The position numbers and the translations under genes were made by a program. 47,907 nt of DNA from assembly GCA_000934665.2 (NCBI GenBank), contig JYFJ02002978.1, positions 1 through 47,907 on the forward strand. The letters run 5' to 3'. Shown one piece after another: positions 35,780 through 47,907 of this stretch. The notes beneath the pieces were generated by a model. The model searched no databases. It was not told the DNA's origin and saw only the letters and a program-made list of their open reading frames with translations. Source of the DNA: Catajapyx aquilonaris. Lineage: Eukaryota. Every line of letters begins with the position of its first letter. Position 1 is the first letter of the stretch.

Positions 35780-37814
35780 AGCTGGACATATAAAAGTAGG
35801 CGTCAACTACAACTGAAGATGAAAACAAACAGTGGATTTCCTTCCTTTTATCTGGAGGCGGCCATGTTCGATCAGGGTTGCCAGATGCAAGTCGGTGTTG
35901 CCAGACCGAAAGCTCATATTGCGTCTCAAGTTTAATGGCCACTTTTTAATTAATAAAACAGCATGCACACGAAACATTCAAAGTTTCTATTGCCTCATGT
36001 GCTCTATTGGCTTCTAAACAATTATTGGTTTGATTCAAATGGCACTGAAGAGGGGAGAAGTAGGGCGCCCTCTTCGGTTTTTTGGCTTCATTCCTTTCAT
36101 CATGGCCTCGAATGGCTCCTGCCCTCCTGGAAAGCATGTTTGTCCAGTGCCAGTGTCCAAGTGAAGATTTCCCCACTACAAAACCGACTGCAAGTCACTT
36201 GCGGGACCCCTCAACATGCTAACCTGCCTGCAACTTGTGGCTGCAAGTCTGCAATCTGCAGGCCGACTTGCAGCCTGCAAGGGTCTTCGTTTTAGCTCCC
36301 TCCCTCAAACCGCGCAGGTAACCGCAAGGTAACGTAAACACTTTTGGCGGCTGCAACTTTGCAGGCGGACGTTCATTTTGCAGCCCCATCAACAATGTTC
36401 TCCAATATTGTCATGACGACCTGCTTATTGGGTGTTGGCCACCCTGCGTTTTGTTTGTTTGTTGGTTGTTGCCAAGGACAGCACTCTTTTGGTCTGTTGG
36501 GTGGAAAAGTTTGTTTGGAATGAATTCTGTTTGGGTCCGTAGTCACCACTTGGTCGTGGGTCGGAGGAGAGGACAGTTCCTTCCTATATAGTCTGCCTTC
36601 TCCCTTCCATCAGATAGAGGTAAGGCTGACATTATTTCCGATTTGACAGAAACTTGTCGTGGTGGCAACTTGTGAAGAAGAGAATGCATGTAATAATTAT
36701 GCCAATGTTCTATGGAACAGGTCTGTAGCTCTATTTTTATCTCCTAGTTCGTGTCCATCGTTTCGCTTGTTTGATGGTCTCAACAGAATGTCGTATATTT
36801 CCGCCGGGTGATTAACCAACCCGTCTGATTGCCATATGGTATAACTGTACTGTACGTCTCCGTTTCCTATTACATTATTCGTGGTTTAATGGTTGCATAA
36901 CTTGCTTCTTACTTGTTAGTTGTTGAGAGCAGCAAACCAACAGTTCGAAAGCGCAACATGCGCAATTGCGACCGGATTTGTTTTTATGATTCATTCCGGT
37001 CCACATTTTGCAAGATAACTTACATGCTGCTCTACTGACATGGTGGTGTATTTTACCAAAATAAGGTGCCAAATGAAGGTTGCAATTGGAACGCACAGGC
37101 ATTGCTTGTTGCCAATCCTGACCTAGTTGTCTCTCCTGATGTTCTCTTATATGGTTGGCAAGGAGACGGAAAGAACTGTTTGGTCTGTGTATTTTGGAAG
37201 TGTTGTTTGTGGAACGCGTTTGATGGGAATTCGATCGTTAGATATTAAGGGTAATGTGCTTGGTTTGTTGGAGTGGTTTTCCAGAATATTTGTTCTGATG
37301 GTTTAATAGTGAGCGTGATCCTCCTCCTCCTCGTCGTCCTCTATATGTCGTTCACATTGTCGGGTGGGGTTTCTACGTCGGGGTCTGGTCCCTGCTCCGT
37401 GTCTGGTAAGCCGTCAGAGTCAGAGTCTTCGTCAACCGTCGGATGCCCAATCTCCAAGAAGTATGAACTCACGCCCGTTTATATCCGGCCATAGCTCGTC
37501 AGCCTCTTGCATGAGAGCTCGTTTCACCCCACGTATTATTCTGGGTTTAGTGATGCGGTATCGTTGTACGACCTTTTAAGTAAGAGATTTCTATTTCCTG
37601 CCATATTGGTGGCATGTTGTAATGTTCACTTTGCTATTGTCCTGATTCGGCATAAATGGTCGTGGTATGCTTCCGCCGGAGTTAATGATGTTAATATATA
37701 TAGTGACGCAACCAGAGATTGGAAGTGACGATGCAGTGGGGCGGAATGATAACTGTTTGAAAGCTGATGACGTTGTGTGCCACAGAAAGCCCGGCTTTAT
37801 AACGTGGCTTATCT

Positions 37815-38150
37815 CAACAACAACAACAACAACAACATCACGACATTTCCCTATGAGGGGTAGTCAGCGATGAAGGGAGACGCAAGCTAACCCAACATAT
37901 GAACTAATAAAACTCATAAGAATAAACCTAAAAACAACCTGTCCCACCCCCCACCCATGCCCATCTCAGACATCACCTTATCCTCAGACATATTTACCTA
38001 TTTACCCATTAATTAACCTACGCCATTTACACCTATCCAAACAAACAACCCTAGCCTCAGCCACGTCCATGGTCCTATTGACACAAGAACGTCTCGGCTT
38101 AACACTAGCAACACCCTTAAGACACTGACCCACCTGGTCCAACCATGTCT
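37815..38150 (-). mobile_element. 5'-truncated RTE-clade non-LTR retrotransposon (ORF C-terminus, 3' UTR, (GTT)n tail)
   Basis: Translation TWLDQVGQCLKGVASVKPRRSCVNRTMDVAEARVVCLDRCKWRRLI resembles the C-terminus of insect RTE ORFs. It is followed by ...CTACCCC..GGGAAATGTCGTGATG and a (GTT)n microsatellite tail. Confidence 0.7.
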
Positions 38151-38752
38151 CAATAATCTCAATAATAAAAATAAAAATATAGTATACGTATATACCGATG
38201 AACGCAATTGAGGAGAAAATCTGCAATAACACCTGATCATGTATCGTGAATTCTTAGTCACGTTCTGAGATTTTATTCTAGTTTGCGCGTTCATACAACC
38301 GTCCCACACGGCCGGTCATTGTGAATCGTGAAGATGCAGTTTTGCGTCGAGCCTAAATCTGGAGAAGGTGACGATTTCCAGTATCTGCCGATTTTCGAAA
38401 ATAGAGATACGATGGAAGGGGAATGCGGGTGATGCAAGTGGTATAGTGCATCGGTAAACCTTTGAAAAACACCTGAAACTAAAACGAAACGATTTTTCCA
38501 TTTTTTTTGCTTTCTGTAAGAATACGTTGTAAATTCTATATTGAGCATGCTGCATGGCCTTGCTATACAGAGAGTATAGAACCGACTTTGTTAGGCTGGA
38601 TAGCTGATGATAGGAATAGGTCGCGTTTGTCCACGGATGACTGATCATCACTGGAGGAAAGCGGAGAATATATAATTGCTGTGTCATTCTTGAATTGCAG
38701 TATATGCATTCCCCCTCCTATTGTGTGGGATTATAGTTGTTGGGACGGATGG

Positions 38753-38791
38753 GGTGGTGGCGGTGGCGGTGGCGGTGGTGGTGGTGGTGGT
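38753..38791. repeat. (GGT/GGC)n trinucleotide repeat
   Basis: Directly visible. Confidence 0.9.
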
Positions 38792-39366
38792 ACAACAATG
38801 GCCCTTTGCCACCAGGAATATTATAGTCACTGGTCAGCAAGGGAGTGGGCGAGCTGGCCTTTCCATATCCATCATGGTTGGTGTCCACCTCATTCACGCG
38901 TGTTCCTCCATGCCTGTTCCAGGAGGCCGTCGGAATCAGTCGTGCTTTGATGAGATGACTGGAGTCACCTCACTCGGGTGCCCTCCCACAGTCCAGCAGG
39001 GTCATACCATAATATCGTGCAGGTATATAGGAGACCGGGTCTACTACTGCGCACGTCTCAGGGGGTGACATTTGGGTTGAATTTGAGGGAAATGCACACT
39101 TGCTTCTGCTGGTGGGGTTGCTCCAACTCAATCTGCCAAACATACGTCGTAAAATATATGAAGAGTCATCTTTTGCACAGCAATCGGTTTCTGCTGGAAA
39201 TGTCTGTCCGACACGACAGGAGGAGTTTGACCATTGGAGTGTGTGTCGGTGTTGAGAGAGGAGGGCTGTGGGTGCAGGTGTTTGGCCAGGGGTCAGATCC
39301 CCTGTCATTCGTCTGGTTTCAGCTGTGGAAAGTGATCCATATTCACTTCTGAAAGCCCACAAGTGC

Positions 39367-39369
<3 letters not shown>

Positions 39370-39440
<71 letters not shown>
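39370..39440. repeat. (AAT)n microsatellite, ~23 units, followed by (ACTT)n
   Basis: Directly visible. Confidence 0.95.
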
Positions 39441-39441
<1 letters not shown>

Positions 39442-41217
39442 TGACTTACTTACTTACTTGGAGAATAAGGGTCGTCCCGTTGTGTTTGGATGTCCGAAAC
39501 ATAAGTTAGCAGGATAAAATAATGTCGTCGGCAGCCTCCCAGAGTGTCCCCTTGTCCCCTCACGAAACATACGATGTTGTAGCTACTCTATACGAGATTC
39601 TGTTGCAGTGAGGGGGAAAGCAGCTTCCCCATCAGATATTATATCCGTCTCACTGATGGAGGACACCATTGCGGGCACGTCGAGAACAAGTCTTACGTCC
39701 ATGTCGATGTCGTTTCATGGAAGTCTGTCAAGTCCTTATTCCTCCTCATCGACGGCGGAGTGACGATCATGTAGCCATCGCCATGGATGATGGTCCTCGT
39801 CGAGAGTCGGACGTGGTATGTGGGGAACAAAAATCATCCAGGCTGGGATGGGCTTCCCTCTGGTGATTTGTGTCAGAATAATTATGTAAGTTATAATCAA
39901 CTGGTACAATATCAGTATCGCACATGTTCAAATAAACCAATATTATTTCTAACCGCGAAACGTCCTTCAGGGCCATGAATGTCGAGCAACAACTTCCCAA
40001 CATCCCCGTCTTCTCTCCATCTCCTGATGCCCTTTTCCTAACTCAGTTCGTGTCACTGGTTGATTCAGGTGATTCAGAAACCGCGATGATGAGATAACAA
40101 AGCCGTGGACAGCGTGAGTCAGAGTAATAAGGCTTCTTCTTCATGCTCCCCACGTTTGTTATAATGTGCTTTAAGGCAGGTTGATGAACCGCCTCTTCAG
40201 TATATGTGTACTTGTGTCGTAATACGTGATAGGTGGTAGATAGCTGGATTCTGTTTGTCCTCCCTTTTTACGGGTGTCATGCAGACGACATGTCGACGAC
40301 TGAGTATATAATATGTATACAAAAATTGAGCTGTTTATGGCTGTTGAGCCATTGACCCTTTCAAATGGCCCATGTTGGCTATTATTTATTGCTATTATAG
40401 TATAGTAACTTGTGTATGAAAGGCAAGCGTCTGGCGCTGATAATATTGCTTGCATGGATAAAATTATTTCAGAACCGTCCCTCGCGTTTGGACATTCCCT
40501 TGCTTCGTTGGTATCACATCTGCGATGGCAGCTTGTTTGAATCCGACTTTATCCTGAACTTGTTCTTGTCCGATGCACATGGGCTTATCAGTGGCGCTGC
40601 ACGACAATTATTATTCCGGTATGTGAAGTGGTTATGTGTCGGGTGTTATAATTAAATAATTATTGCAGTCGAGACAAGCGTTGGATTTTGAAGTCTTTAT
40701 ACTTATTGTTAGTGTTATGGCTTGTAATGGTATAATATTCTATAGGATGAAAGTTTTCTGAGAATGTGTAAATTGCAACGTCACTGTCACGCGTCTCCCG
40801 TCTTCTGTATACGAGACCAAGTTGCATATTGTTCGACTTCGCTTTGTTCGAATTCTTAAGTATCAATTTGAACAAGGGCTTGCTGGAAATTATTCAAACG
40901 CATGTGGATGAGCCGCACTTCATTTTCATATCTGAGCGATATGAACAATATACTGTATATAAAAAAAATACGAGGGTTTGTATACGAGGGCTGATAAAAA
41001 AAAGACTGGAACTTACTTTTATAATATATTGCATTAGGCCATCTACGCGGCTAATGTTGAGTGTGACGCTGTCCACAGCTGTCTCTTGACTGGAGGTTCA
41101 AGTTATGTGGCTCAGCTTCCACCTCCCATCAGAAGGCATGGTTTAAGCAGCCATGTGAGAAATATATTATTATTATTATTCAAGTCTCGCCTCCCATAAT
41201 AAAAATTTCTCTGACTC

Positions 41218-41301
41218 TGGAAAAGAGCCAGAGAGTTTGCTGTTCGTCGTTATAACATTGTTGACAGCAATAATAACAAACAGCTCTCTGGCTCTTTTCC
41301 A
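41218..41301. repeat. Short inverted-repeat element with perfect 18-bp arms
   Basis: TGGAAAAGAGCCAGAGAG (41218-41235) / CTCTCTGGCTCTTTTCCA (41284-41301). Confidence 0.8.
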
Positions 41302-43593
41302 ACTGAGATTTTTCCAGGAGGAGATGCAAGGGACATTGACAGAGTTTTCAGTAGTACACAACCTGTCTTCAAGTCCAGCAATATTATTGAGGAGAACCTT
41401 GAGGATGACTCTTGGTAATAAGTAACAGGCTGCAGTTTTGCTTGAGAAATAGAACAATTTGTAACTATTTAATGCATCCCATCAAACAGATCAATCCTCC
41501 TCGAGTTCTGTGAAAATATTCCGTTGTCTTATTATGTTTAATTCACAGACACGCAATTCAAATTATATTCGACGACCATGGGGCCGTTTTGTCGGGATAA
41601 TCTGTGTGGCACTGGTCTTTTCGTGGCACAGATGAGGCGTGCTGGGTGTTACAGTTCTTCATGACCTGATATACACACACCTCGAATTCACGTCTTCGGC
41701 ATTCGTACCTCTTAATATGTCAAATAAAATACTCCAATATAATATTATCATGTTACAAAGCGAAGTGCTATATCCTGTGAGCAAGCTGGTTATGGAGCAT
41801 CACGTTTGTAGCCTATGTATGTATATAACTGCCTTTACATGCCTATATGCATTTTCACTGGACGGAGAGATTCGTGACTCCAATGCCGGTGACCACAATG
41901 CATCACTCAATCATATTGATTGTCTATCTGACGGGGAAGTTATTTTGACAGAATTTGGTTTTTGGCAGTTTTTGGTTGAACTGTAAATTTAATGACGGGT
42001 ATCTTGACCATATGTTAGGTGCAACTGGGACACGTCCGTCGCATCTCTTCACGTGTAAACGTTAATATCTTTGAACATATTCCAGGAGGGTTATGTTTAC
42101 CGCGGACCATTTGCATGTATTCCACTATAGCTGTCTTGGATTTGTTTGCCTGCATTTGTGTGACACGTCTCCGTGACCTATAGCAGCAATATATTATTAT
42201 AGACGTCATATTGTGTAATATGGTATTGTTGTAGTCAAAGCTCCCAATGATTTACAGTATATGACTTAGCCCTGAACGTGATCGCAGAATGAAGAGTTTG
42301 TGGATATTATAACAAGTGAAGCTTCCAGTAGTTATTTCCATAGGTGATGGATGGCAAATTATGGCCGTGTATTTCATTGCTGATGTGTGTCTTCACGGTC
42401 TTCCCCGTGAATGAGTAGGATGAGTCACGCGTTATCGTCATGTGAAGATGTTTCGCTTTGAATGCAATCTTCGCATGAAACTGGTCATTTGGAAAAATGT
42501 ACAATATTGCAAATACTTGGTCGTGGTATGAAGGCGCGGACTGTCAGTGAACGGGTCATTCCGTTTTCCAGAAATACTACGATTTATTATAAATACTGAG
42601 ATTCTCTTGGCTCATTTCTGATGCTGCCTAGCTTCCCTTTGCGACCTGCCATTCATGTCAACTTTTGAACTTGGCATCAACTCTTATTATTCCTGTGATA
42701 TCTGTGGCAAATTGGCAAAAAAGACACGTCTGTCCAATATACGCGCGTATTAATAACTCAAGCAACAATCCTCTCTTGCCAGACCAACAGCAAACTCCAT
42801 ATCAGTATGGAATAGCCAACTGTCCGATCCTGCCATCACATGTCACGGCAAAGAATGATGCGCCTTTTATGTATAGGTTGGGGAGAATTACGAGAGTTAC
42901 AAAAACTCTCCCGAACAACCCGAAACAATATATATTGACATCCTTGCTACATTCCATTATAGTTTGTGTGGATCATTATTATCACGGCTTCTTCGCAAGT
43001 AATATTTTGTCGCAGTCCAGGCGGATTCCCTGTGAGCGTGACGAGTGGCGTCTGTCTCTGTTGTTTCTTGGTGCAGAAATGAATCAATGCGCATTCAGAC
43101 AGTCCAGCCGATGACTGCCAAGGTCCTGAGCGGTGGTGTCACAAAAGGCCCAACACGCCCTCACCTCTCAGGATCATCTTTCTCAAAAGTCGCTTCCACT
43201 GATGAACGTATTCCAGCAACATATATGTATAGGAATCCAGATCATCTCATAGAAAGGCCCGTCTCCTTCCTTTTTAGTGAATTCCAAGTGATTTAAGCCT
43301 CTTCCTAGTGGAGTCTACCGGTGTTCTTGTGGGCATTGATATTGATATTTCGTTTGACGAAAAAGCAATTCTTCATCTAGGAAGTTAAACTAATATTGGA
43401 GGCCAGTGACGTGCTCTCGGTGCTGACGGCAAAGGCAGCAGGAAGAGAGTTAGAGTATAGTCATCCAGAGGCAGTCGTTAATTAGAAGAGGGCATAGCGA
43501 CTAAATCTGATGTAGGAGCATGCAATAATATTATATTGAGGGCCTGTTACAATGACCCATCACGTGCTGGTCAATCGCATTTCGGGCCAGATG

Positions 43594-43940
43594 TACAAGG
43601 TGTCCACAATGAACCTCCCTAGTTAGAACTTGCTACTACTATGCGTCAGTTATACTGGACCATGGCATCGAAATGGTAAAAATGAGAAGGGACATCATCA
43701 AGTTTATGTAAAAAAAAAAAAAAAGTAGCCTGACACCATTGCTCCTTTAGTATTTTAAGCCGAAAATCTCCTTCCCCCGAGGTTCTGTCCAGCATGTCAA
43801 GGGTGATGGAGGACACGTCACTTCAGTTGCACATAGACTCTCTGTCTTGGAGTTGTGGAAATGCGAAATATTCAGCATGTGTCACTTCTGTGATCAAATT
43901 AAGTTCGGCAAACCACCACACTGCTTGCATCTTCCGACAG
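43594..43940 (-). mobile_element. Decayed Tc1/mariner-superfamily remnant (TIR-like end plus N-terminal HTH fragment)
   Basis: TA-CAAGGTGTCCACAA resembles a TACAGGGTGTCC-type TIR. The - strand KMQAVWWFAELNLITEV (43933-43883) resembles the N-terminal helix of DD37D/maT-type transposases. A possible partner end GACACCCTCTGTATA lies near 44410-44424. Confidence 0.45.
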
Positions 43941-44531
43941 CATCCCCCACAGGAGCACCACCGCATCACATATAGGCCGTAATGCACTGCTGCGTCGTGC
44001 ATAGAATGATAATAAAGGACAGGACATGCGAGTGAATAATCTTAGGCATGCTCCTGTTGTCTCATGTCACACGTGGCCATGTCACCACGCGGACCAATTT
44101 GGGTCAGCTTTGGATGTATACAGCTAATAGAGTGGCGTCAATTTTATTGGGGAATTGACGTGTGATTTTGGTTTTTTGATCTTTTTTGTTCATAAAATAT
44201 ATACTCTCTGGCTTCCTAAAAGTAGCTGATTTTTTTGCGTTTTGTATGCAGTCGGGGAATGTATTGTAACTGATGGATTTCCACATGGGATTGCGAGCGG
44301 AAGGCGCAGGCTTGCACTGTAGATACGCATTTGGTTCCACTCTATGTGTATCATTGTAGTCTATTGTACTGCTGTCGAATGGCCCTATATATAGTTCCAG
44401 CACTCTTCTGACACCCTCTGTATAATATCTCGATTTTGGGGTGCAAGCTGTTATATATGGATGGTGTCGAATTATTCATTTCGTAATGGACATGCAGCAG
44501 CGTTAAACCTATATATGAAAAAAACGTTCTA

Positions 44532-44570
44532 CCTCGTATATCCCCTCGTATATCTTCCTCGTATATCCCC
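44532..44570. repeat. Short tandem repeat (CCTCGTATATC) x3
   Basis: Directly visible. Confidence 0.8.
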
Positions 44571-44915
44571 TTAACAAATGTAGGATATATGGAGGCCGTT
44601 TTTGACATGGATGGCAACAAGATTAGTGTCGAGAGGATAATCCAAATCTGTCTCGTTATCCTTCAGTACGTAGCTGTTTCGAGGGCTCTGGAAATGAGTT
44701 GTTTCAGTTCTTGCAGGTTCTATTGCAGGTGAGGGCAGATAACAGGTCTTTTCCTTCATGCGCATCCTATAACAAAGTCCACGATGTTAAATCGGGCGAT
44801 CTGGGAGGCCAGTGTGAAATCGTCACTTCCGGAACCATCTCAGTGAAATGCCATATTCTTTTAGTAGCAGTTCGGCATCGAAGGCCATCCTGGTCACGGC
44901 GCGGCGTCTTGAGTT
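44571..44915 (-). pseudogene. Frameshifted Tc1/mariner-superfamily transposase C-terminus
   Basis: Reading across frameshifts and stops: QDAAP (QQDGAPxH-like), HWPPRSPDLT (starting ~44814), then MKEK..Y.P...LQELKQLISRALE...DLDYPLD....VKNGLHI. Confidence 0.8.
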
Positions 44916-47811
44916 GAACCAAGCACACAGTATATAGGCTCCGTAGTCCAGGTGTAAATGTTGAGAGGCGAACTCGAGATTCAAATCTCTCTCCAGATGA
45001 GGCCCTTTCGGCTGTGTTTATGTCAATTCGGTTTATGCAATATTCCGGCGTCAGAGCACCTTACTAATCAAAAATATTCCGGGCTGATCCAGACAAAGGG
45101 GCCCTGCAGCGTCAGAGAACCTTGCGAAAGACTGGGCATAATAATTACGTATAGTTGTACGATTTTCCTGATAAAGAATTGACCTATAGCTGAGGAGATG
45201 TAATGTGTTCTTCTGACAGAAGGAAAGTGATTTGGGACTCACTCGTGAAATAGTGCAAACAGCTTGAATTTCTACGTGTATCATAGAAACATATTATATA
45301 ATATATTCTCAATTAATTGGCACTGTCCACTATAGAACACCTGGAATGAACCTGGAGTATATGACCTTGCAAAACTGCTCAGATGAAGCACATTGACAGA
45401 AGTGCAGTATATATTCTCGGCGATTGTGCCCCGGTGGGACGGGTATTCCCACCTTGGAGTTAGCGTACGATTATTATCTGATGTTTCTCGAGGCACGGCC
45501 ACTGACCATCGAATATATACGTATTGTCACAGAATTTTTGCAAGCGTGAATATTAATCAAATCCTATAATATGTTTGCTCATAACATTACCGCAGGACAA
45601 AAGCTTTCCTTCACAGCACAGCAGTGCAGCTATAGTTATGTGTAATGTGTGACACCCAGCTATAAAGCTCTATACTGTCACTTATGTTATTCGTATAAGC
45701 CATTCCGGTCCTTACTGCAGCATGTGCAGATTTTGTTCAGGTAATCACTCAAATGCAGCGAATTTCTGCAGTTTGTCTCGCCTAGTTGGCTGCAATATCT
45801 GCGGAGATTGTGTGGTTTCTGCGTAAACCCCGAGTCGTTTTGTGACTCTCATAACCTCGGCCTTTTCCAGGAATCTCCATGGAAAGTTTATGACGGCATA
45901 CATACGGATGTAATAAAAAATAATGACTGAAATGCACTGTATTGGTGATAGGCTCCAGTTACGTATATAAACTCAGGTGACATAATTATGCGCCCCATAT
46001 TATAGTTAGGCAGTAATCACTCGAGTTGTTTAGGGACCATGTTAAAACTCTCCAGGAAGGTGTGTGTATGTGTGTGTGTGGGGGGGGGGTAGGTTGTATG
46101 TGTAATTACTTTTGTTTATAACCCCCATCTCCCAGCAGGCACCACTAGTTGTGTACAATGTATAGCATGTTGTGGAGTTGAATTGACTCCCGTTGGCGAC
46201 CCTTCCCTGATTCATGATCGCATGCGCCTGTCTGGATTGGTTGTCCATTAACCTTATGCTGATTGTTGTGCATGTAAGCATTGTAAGGGTAAGATCAGAA
46301 AGAACTGTTTGCTGAGGCGTGTTGAGATCTGTAGTGGACATGCAAGTCCGAGTCCGACTCCAGACAGTATTAATATGCCCCTCGTCTGAATTAATCTGGG
46401 ATGTACTTGTATGCCCAGTCACCACTGCCATACGTTGTTGTACAGTAAGACCACATGTATGTATGCACCCAGGGACATCATCTGTGGAATGTATCCCTAT
46501 ACCGGAAAGAGATCCGGCAAAGACAGGTTATCACGGCCTTTACGTGGCTAGTAAGTTTTGAGTAATCCTTTACTGTTTTGTACTTTCGATTACATGTGTT
46601 ATGTGTATTAAGGTCATATGAATCAATCGATCCGCGTAGACGAACATTGTCTCAAAGTAGTAGTAGTACGCACTGTACAATGTACATCAATTAAAAAAAA
46701 CTGTTTTCACATTACGGGTTCTGTGCTGGCCTCCTTTTCAGACACCGGGTTATGTCACGAGGAAGTCGGGCATTTATTACCACAATTCACTGGTTGTTCT
46801 CGCCACTATAGCACAAAAGAGCGACATTGCTCTCCGGAAAAAGGTATATATCTACAATAATAATTCGAGTGAAATAAGTGGGTATGACGTCACAGTGCTC
46901 GTGAAAATTATTACTTTGCTCAGAAATGAGCGCCTCAGGACCTGCTGGATAACTCGTGGCATAATCGGCAAGGATGATTGTCGCCTAGTCCTACAACTAG
47001 CTTTCAAAAGACATGGTGTGTGGCCGTTAGTTCAGCCAGAATTTTTATAAAGACGATAATTATGACTGTGTGCTACGTTCTTGTCCATATAGGCACCCGA
47101 CATAATTCAAAGTCCTTTTGGTTTTGGTCCTCAGCACAAGCAACTCGAATAGACAGCGAGGACATGTTCGAGCTGACTATATATATTCATAAGTTTGTGG
47201 TATATACAACACAGAGAATATAAAACAAAGCAAGCATATCGCGCTCTATATATATACAGAGGAGAGTTTAGGGCGGATATTGGGTGCAATTTTATTCTCA
47301 TACAGTTTAATTGTTGGCAGATGTAAATGGTCGGCGGGTGTTTCGCCGGGATGAAAGTGGAATGAAAGGAATCCGCTAGAGGAATAATTGTGCACCTGAA
47401 AGTTCAGACATACCTGGCGTATGTGCCGTGGGGAAACTTCACAGTTCAGACCAGGATATGCGTGCGGGTCAGTCGTGCAATTCCTCTCGCACGTAACCGA
47501 GAATGTAGCTATATACTCGCCCTGACGACTTTTCTGTTAACACAATTATTGTGAAACGGCAAGTCCTGCATAGATATGTCATGTATAAGTTGCAATATCA
47601 GTCCTGTCACAGTGTTGCGGTAGTTGTCTTCCAAAATAGCTCGTTAAAGTTTAGTCTTGAGAAGAGTGCTAGAAGTTACTGAATGAGAATGATGTAATTC
47701 TTATACGTGTCACAGTCTGCAGAGAATGCCGTCAGCTGCATGGGGTTCGACCTGTTATGGCCGCAATAAATATTATTAAAATCGTGACTTTGCTCAAACA
47801 GCTTCAGGTTA

Positions 47812-47907
47812 TCTAATACATATTTCAAGACCTATATCTGTCTGTCTGTCTTTCTTTTGTGACCTAAACAGATCCATACGGAGGCCTCCACATATGCCCC
47901 AGGGGTA
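47812..47907 (+). mobile_element. Possible 5' end of a microsatellite-bearing Helitron-like element
   Basis: TCTAATACATAT...(CTGT)n layout resembles non-autonomous insect Helitron 5' ends. Cut off by the window edge. Confidence 0.25.

Noticed and set aside
1..47907. CRISPR arrays, operons, rRNA or other prokaryotic systems
   Set aside because: No repeat-spacer arrays or rRNA-like sequence. The window is intron-containing animal DNA.

Overview
Eukaryotic (arthropod, most likely hexapod) genomic DNA with spliceosomal introns. Left end (0.8-6.8 kb, - strand): a tandem triplet of secreted, cysteine-rich genes with an insect odorant-binding-protein (PBP/GOBP)-type core. They share a six-exon layout with all phase-0 introns, a conserved non-canonical GC-AG first intron and conserved promoter motifs. 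Two copies lack the C4/C6 cysteine pair, and the last exon of the leftmost copy is not visible. Middle (7.3-28.9 kb): a ~21 kb interval with no credible gene upstream of hunchback, built of G/C- and homopolymer-rich islands separated by AT-rich spacers that hold several MITEs and palindromes. 28.9-31.7 kb (+): hunchback, five coding exons, ~600 aa, seven C2H2 fingers. 34.7-35.8 kb (-): a convergent HS1BP3-like PX-domain gene. Right third: decayed repeats (RTE LINE 3' end, Tc1/mariner transposase relics, microsatellites) and unidentified coding-like relics. All family assignments come from motif recognition by eye; no database search was run.
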